NCBI GenBank assembly: GCA_051362555.1 | Contig: CM120649.1 | Location: 9,114,001 to 9,178,000 of the forward strand | Direction of reading: 5' to 3' | DNA from: Lingula anatina | Taxonomy: Eukaryota; Animalia; Brachiopoda | Length of the DNA: 64,000 nt | In this document: in pieces, positions 59,967 through 64,000 of the stretch | Layout of the letters: each line of letters starts with the position of its first letter | Numbering within the stretch: the first letter of the stretch is position 1 | Notes under the pieces: generated by a model | Told to the model about the DNA's origin: nothing | Databases searched by the model: none | Seen by the model: the letters and a program-made list of their open reading frames with translations, nothing else | Made by a program: the position numbers and the translations under genes

Positions 59967-62900
59967 ATCTATAACCTGAAAATATAAATGTCTGAACTTA
60001 ATTTTAAATATACGTCACGTTTAGTGTGAAAACAGCTCGAACACGAGATCGTTTTATGTGCAACTGTATGTATCAAGCTGCTGTTTTTTACTTTTAATAC
60101 TGGCTCTCGTCTCTTTTCGTTAAACCTATTAAAATTTCATTCTTCCAGTCAAAAAACGGAAAAAAAGCATTGATGTTTTTCGCACAACTAAATCTATACT
60201 GTTTGCGAATTTTGCAAAAGACATAGACGGAATGTTTTTATAAACCTCAGACAAATTTATAGAAACAACCTAATTATCCGCTCATATGTCAATGATAATC
60301 TGAAAGGATAGTTGAGAACTGATATCATCTAAGGACAACAATCAACGGTTCATCTTCATCTTTTTCTTATAAAGCAGTTCATATTACATTTAAGAAAGCA
60401 TGGCCTATTTATGCGGAGAATGCCTAAGTTCAGTGCTGCTCTTGCTAAAGACACTGACAGTATGTAAGTTGAAAGAAGTTACCCTCTACCAGGGCCGTAG
60501 ATAGATTTTGCTCTAGATACGGATACGGCTCTTCTGGTGTATTATGTGCACATTTCTGTACCGCGAATATGTGTCATGAGTTAGCCAGAGACACATCTCC
60601 GTGGTATCAGTTAATATCAAGTGAAAATCAATCTGTGGCCCTGGAAAGAGAGACAGAGAGAGCCTGACACAGTTAAGTTGATTGATCCTCTCCATTCATA
60701 TATTTTATTGTCATCTACGGCATCCACGTCCTTTCAATAACTTCTAGTCTCTTTAAACTCTTTGTTTGGCTTTTGTTCGAAGTTTAATCCACATTTTTTA
60801 AAAAAGTTATTTTACTTTTAAATTTCATAGTGCATGTACATACGTTGAAAATGTGTAGACACACAATGTAAAAAGAAAGAAAGAAACGAATTACTTCGAA
60901 GCAGGAAAAAGACCTGACCTTTTAGACTTAATTTCTATAAAAAGGCTTTATTTGTGGATAGTAAAAAACGGAACTCGAACCTCTTCCCTTCTTAAAAAAA
61001 ATCTATCCGACTCGTGGTGCTGTGCAATACCCCGTACATGTATTGTGATTTGAAGTGACGTGTTCAGGAAACCTTTTTACTACACAATTTGAACATATAT
61101 TATATTATATATAGAATGCACCATGCAGTGCACTGCCACATTATGTAGACAAGTCTGTTTTGCTAAGTTTTTAAGTTATAGCGGTACATTTATAGAAACT
61201 ACAGCTTAATTTAAAGCGTATGTGAAAACATGAGTCGCAGGCAATATTGAAATTTAAGCAGATATAAATCCTTGTAGGCGAGATAAAAATCCAAGTCATA
61301 GATTATTTTAGATAATAAACTTAATAAAATTAATTTTATCATAAGAAAGCCAGGGAGGACTAAAGAAACCAACCTTTAATCTTCCTTTCCTGACACTCGC
61401 CATAACTTTTTAACAATTTTGGAAAAGGCAAATATTGAAACCCACGCATAAGAGGAAGTTTTTGATTTTCGCCTTTCAATTCCATGGACTCGCCTTCCTT
61501 GTAATCTCCGAAAGCTATAATGTGCTGTCTCTTGTATCTCTCACCATATTAAAATAGGTCATCAGGGTTGAGAAAAAGAACAGTGAGAGACCCGGATGAA
61601 TTATTTTTGCTCTATAATGCGATGCTCGTAACAGGTATTTTAACATTCGCGCCATGAAATCGCGGTTTGAGGCGTTAATTCGGTGTTCACGAGCACAAAC
61701 CCGTGACAAACGGCAGTTTTGGTTTCTGATGCTTAAAGTTCCGGGTTACAGAATAATGCTAGATAATACTGTTAAACCTTAATGGTTTACTGGTTGTTAG
61801 GGTAAATGTGAGTTTGGTGGCACCCCTCCCTCTCTCTCTTAAACGCATAAAACAGAAACAACACTTGCACAAGTACACACACGTGCGACGCGCACACACG
61901 TGACCCACCAGACACAGTCGTGAGGACATCCCACATGCATGAAGCACTAATCTAGAATCGCGATATGCTCTTTGTCTTTAATTTAATAAATCTTAATGAT
62001 AATGTGTGTTAATTATAATTAAAGACATTAATGTTTCTGTCAAATCTTGATCCCCATTCCATGTTTCCAGTGTGGAACACTCATTCACATTCAGATGTAA
62101 AAAGTAGACAATGTCGTCAATTTTGAGGCTATATGCAAAGAGACCTGCACAAGTTTCGATTTTATTTTCATGGTGTAAGCGTTTGACCTTATCAACTTGT
62201 CGCGAGATGTTAACAGTTAAGGTTAACGCTTACATTTCGCCACTGTCCAGAATAGTAATGACTTATCAGAACCCCTGGAATATCTTATTTTGTAACATTA
62301 CACAGAAACACTCAAAGTTTTCATTTGTGCACACAATGAATTTCGAATTAAGATTCCAGAACCATAAAACAGTACTTGTGGTGTACAGCGCTGAGTTCTT
62401 TACATTAACAACGCTTTGTCAATCCGCAACTGTTACTTAACATCCAAATACTTATTTAACTGGGACGTCACAAACTATAAGGTGTCGTGTTCAGTTGTGA
62501 GGCCCTCAGTTGCCAAAGGTGTCAGTGGAATAATAAAACCAACGCGTATCAGTGTTAATTGTCGCCGTGAAGCTCTCCCGTCCCAGCGCTAGTTACAGGG
62601 GGTAGGAAGCCCTCACCGATAGAAAGAGTAAATTGTAAACTCTTTCACAATTCTGCTGTGAATTATCCAATTTTTCAGTCAGCTGATGTGACATTGATGA
62701 TAAGACGGCGGACAACATGTCTGCCCATATTGAGGTGTAACATGTTTGCAACATGGCAAATGAATGTTTGAAATGCAACTAACCTGCCGATGGTAGACCC
62801 GGACTGCCTCTATTCCCTCTTTTCTTTCGAGTCCCACGAAGGCGAGAGAGCGTGTGGCAGTAACTTTACCCCCATAGTATATACATGTACATACACATAT

Positions 62901-64000
62901 GCATGCATAGATATATGTTTATCTGTCTATAGGTCCCTGGGCCTCCGTGAGACAAGTCATTTAAAGTAGGGAGATAGCGAACGAGCAAATTATAAATAAT
63001 GCCTTCTTCACTGGTTAAGCGGCAAACGCCGTGCGTTGTAGAGTGTCATTAACATAGGATCACGATATGCACAGAGGGCGGTTTTATGGAAGATTTGGTG
63101 ACAAACGCTAAGGCTGCAATTATACAATTAAACAAAGAGACGCTCTTTTATCACTTACGATCAAAACACTTTAAATGATGGGATCGGGAATTATTTAGTC
63201 TGGATTGTCTGGGTAAATATTGGCACCACAAACGGTTGGCCCTAGTTTGGTATGACTTTCGGCCTAACAACGGCAAAATCATCTGCCAACATCTCTTTCT
63301 ACGTACCTGTAGAACTACTGTGTGTAATTTGTTCGATTATATAGTAACACTTGGGTAGAATGTCATTCCATTGTCAAAATGCGTTAAATAAGCCCTTCGT
63401 ATGAAAATATTTGTAGAGTTTACAAGAATCCTAATTGGATTAATTTTGTTCTTAAAATAAACAACCGGCATAGTGCAAATGTGTCAAAACTGAAAGCACT
63501 AGCAGAGCAATAAAAATACGGGTTTTATGTCACACGGTGTTTTCATATGATACATATCATGCATATATAAAGTGAATTTTATTTCAAATACTTTTTTCGC
63601 TTGCAGCAAGTGATGGTAGGTCGTCGCTTGCGGTCAAACGTCAGGGAACGTGATCAATATGAAACATAGGGCATAGCAAACGAATGAGTCGACAATTAAA
63701 CCCATCGCTTAAAGTTGATAAATTAAATGAACGTTAAATACATTATTATTAAAGATCCAAAAATCAGAGAAACGATCTGCCTGAGCTCAGAGTCATAGGT
63801 GCGCAACAAAACGCATTTTGTCATCAAACTCGGCGCTGTACATAGCGTCCACGTAGCACATCACGGCGGTGGGCATAGAAACGGTTTGATTAATATTTCT
63901 GTTGCGTTTCTTTAAATTTACAAAGTATGTGACAGATACCTTATGATGTTCACTTATCTTACCTTACACTTCCTCCTTCTTTTAAAGTGAAAACAAGTGC

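Noticed and set aside
60965-60990. B-box-like ggttcgagttcc (minus strand) as a tRNA or SINE
   Set aside because: No A box or cloverleaf nearby.

Overview
AT-rich, intron-rich animal (invertebrate-type, possibly mollusc or similar) genomic DNA. The short six-frame ORFs are mostly noise, and the real genes only appear after manual splicing. I reconstructed three protein-coding genes with GT-AG introns and consistent phases. (1) A + strand 5-exon gene (15748-22377, 312 aa) encodes a secreted PAN/apple plus Caspr/neurexin-IV-type fibrinogen-like protein. (2) A - strand gene with 17 coding exons (53082-32794, about 672 aa) encodes a U1/matrin-type zinc-finger plus RG/RGG protein resembling the uncharacterised CG7065-like family. 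(3) A - strand gene with 3 coding exons (59966-58598, 188 aa) encodes an unrecognised small secreted Cys-containing protein. The rest is dominated by DNA transposons: two TIR-bounded defective Tc1 elements plus remnants, two non-autonomous Helentron (HINE/DINE-like) families (one carrying a 146-bp satellite with higher-order structure), Harbinger-type MITEs (TAA/TTA/CTA target-site duplications, TSDs), a Kolobok-like TTAA element, and four CAGGCC...GGCCTG elements with unusual 5-bp TSDs. I found no rRNA, tRNA or CRISPR features. I did not find a clearly novel multi-gene system. The best leads are the orphan secreted protein, candidate splicing autoregulation in the ZnF/RGG gene, the 5-bp-TSD element group and the satellite-carrying Helentron. 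All coordinates were read by eye and may be off by a few bases.
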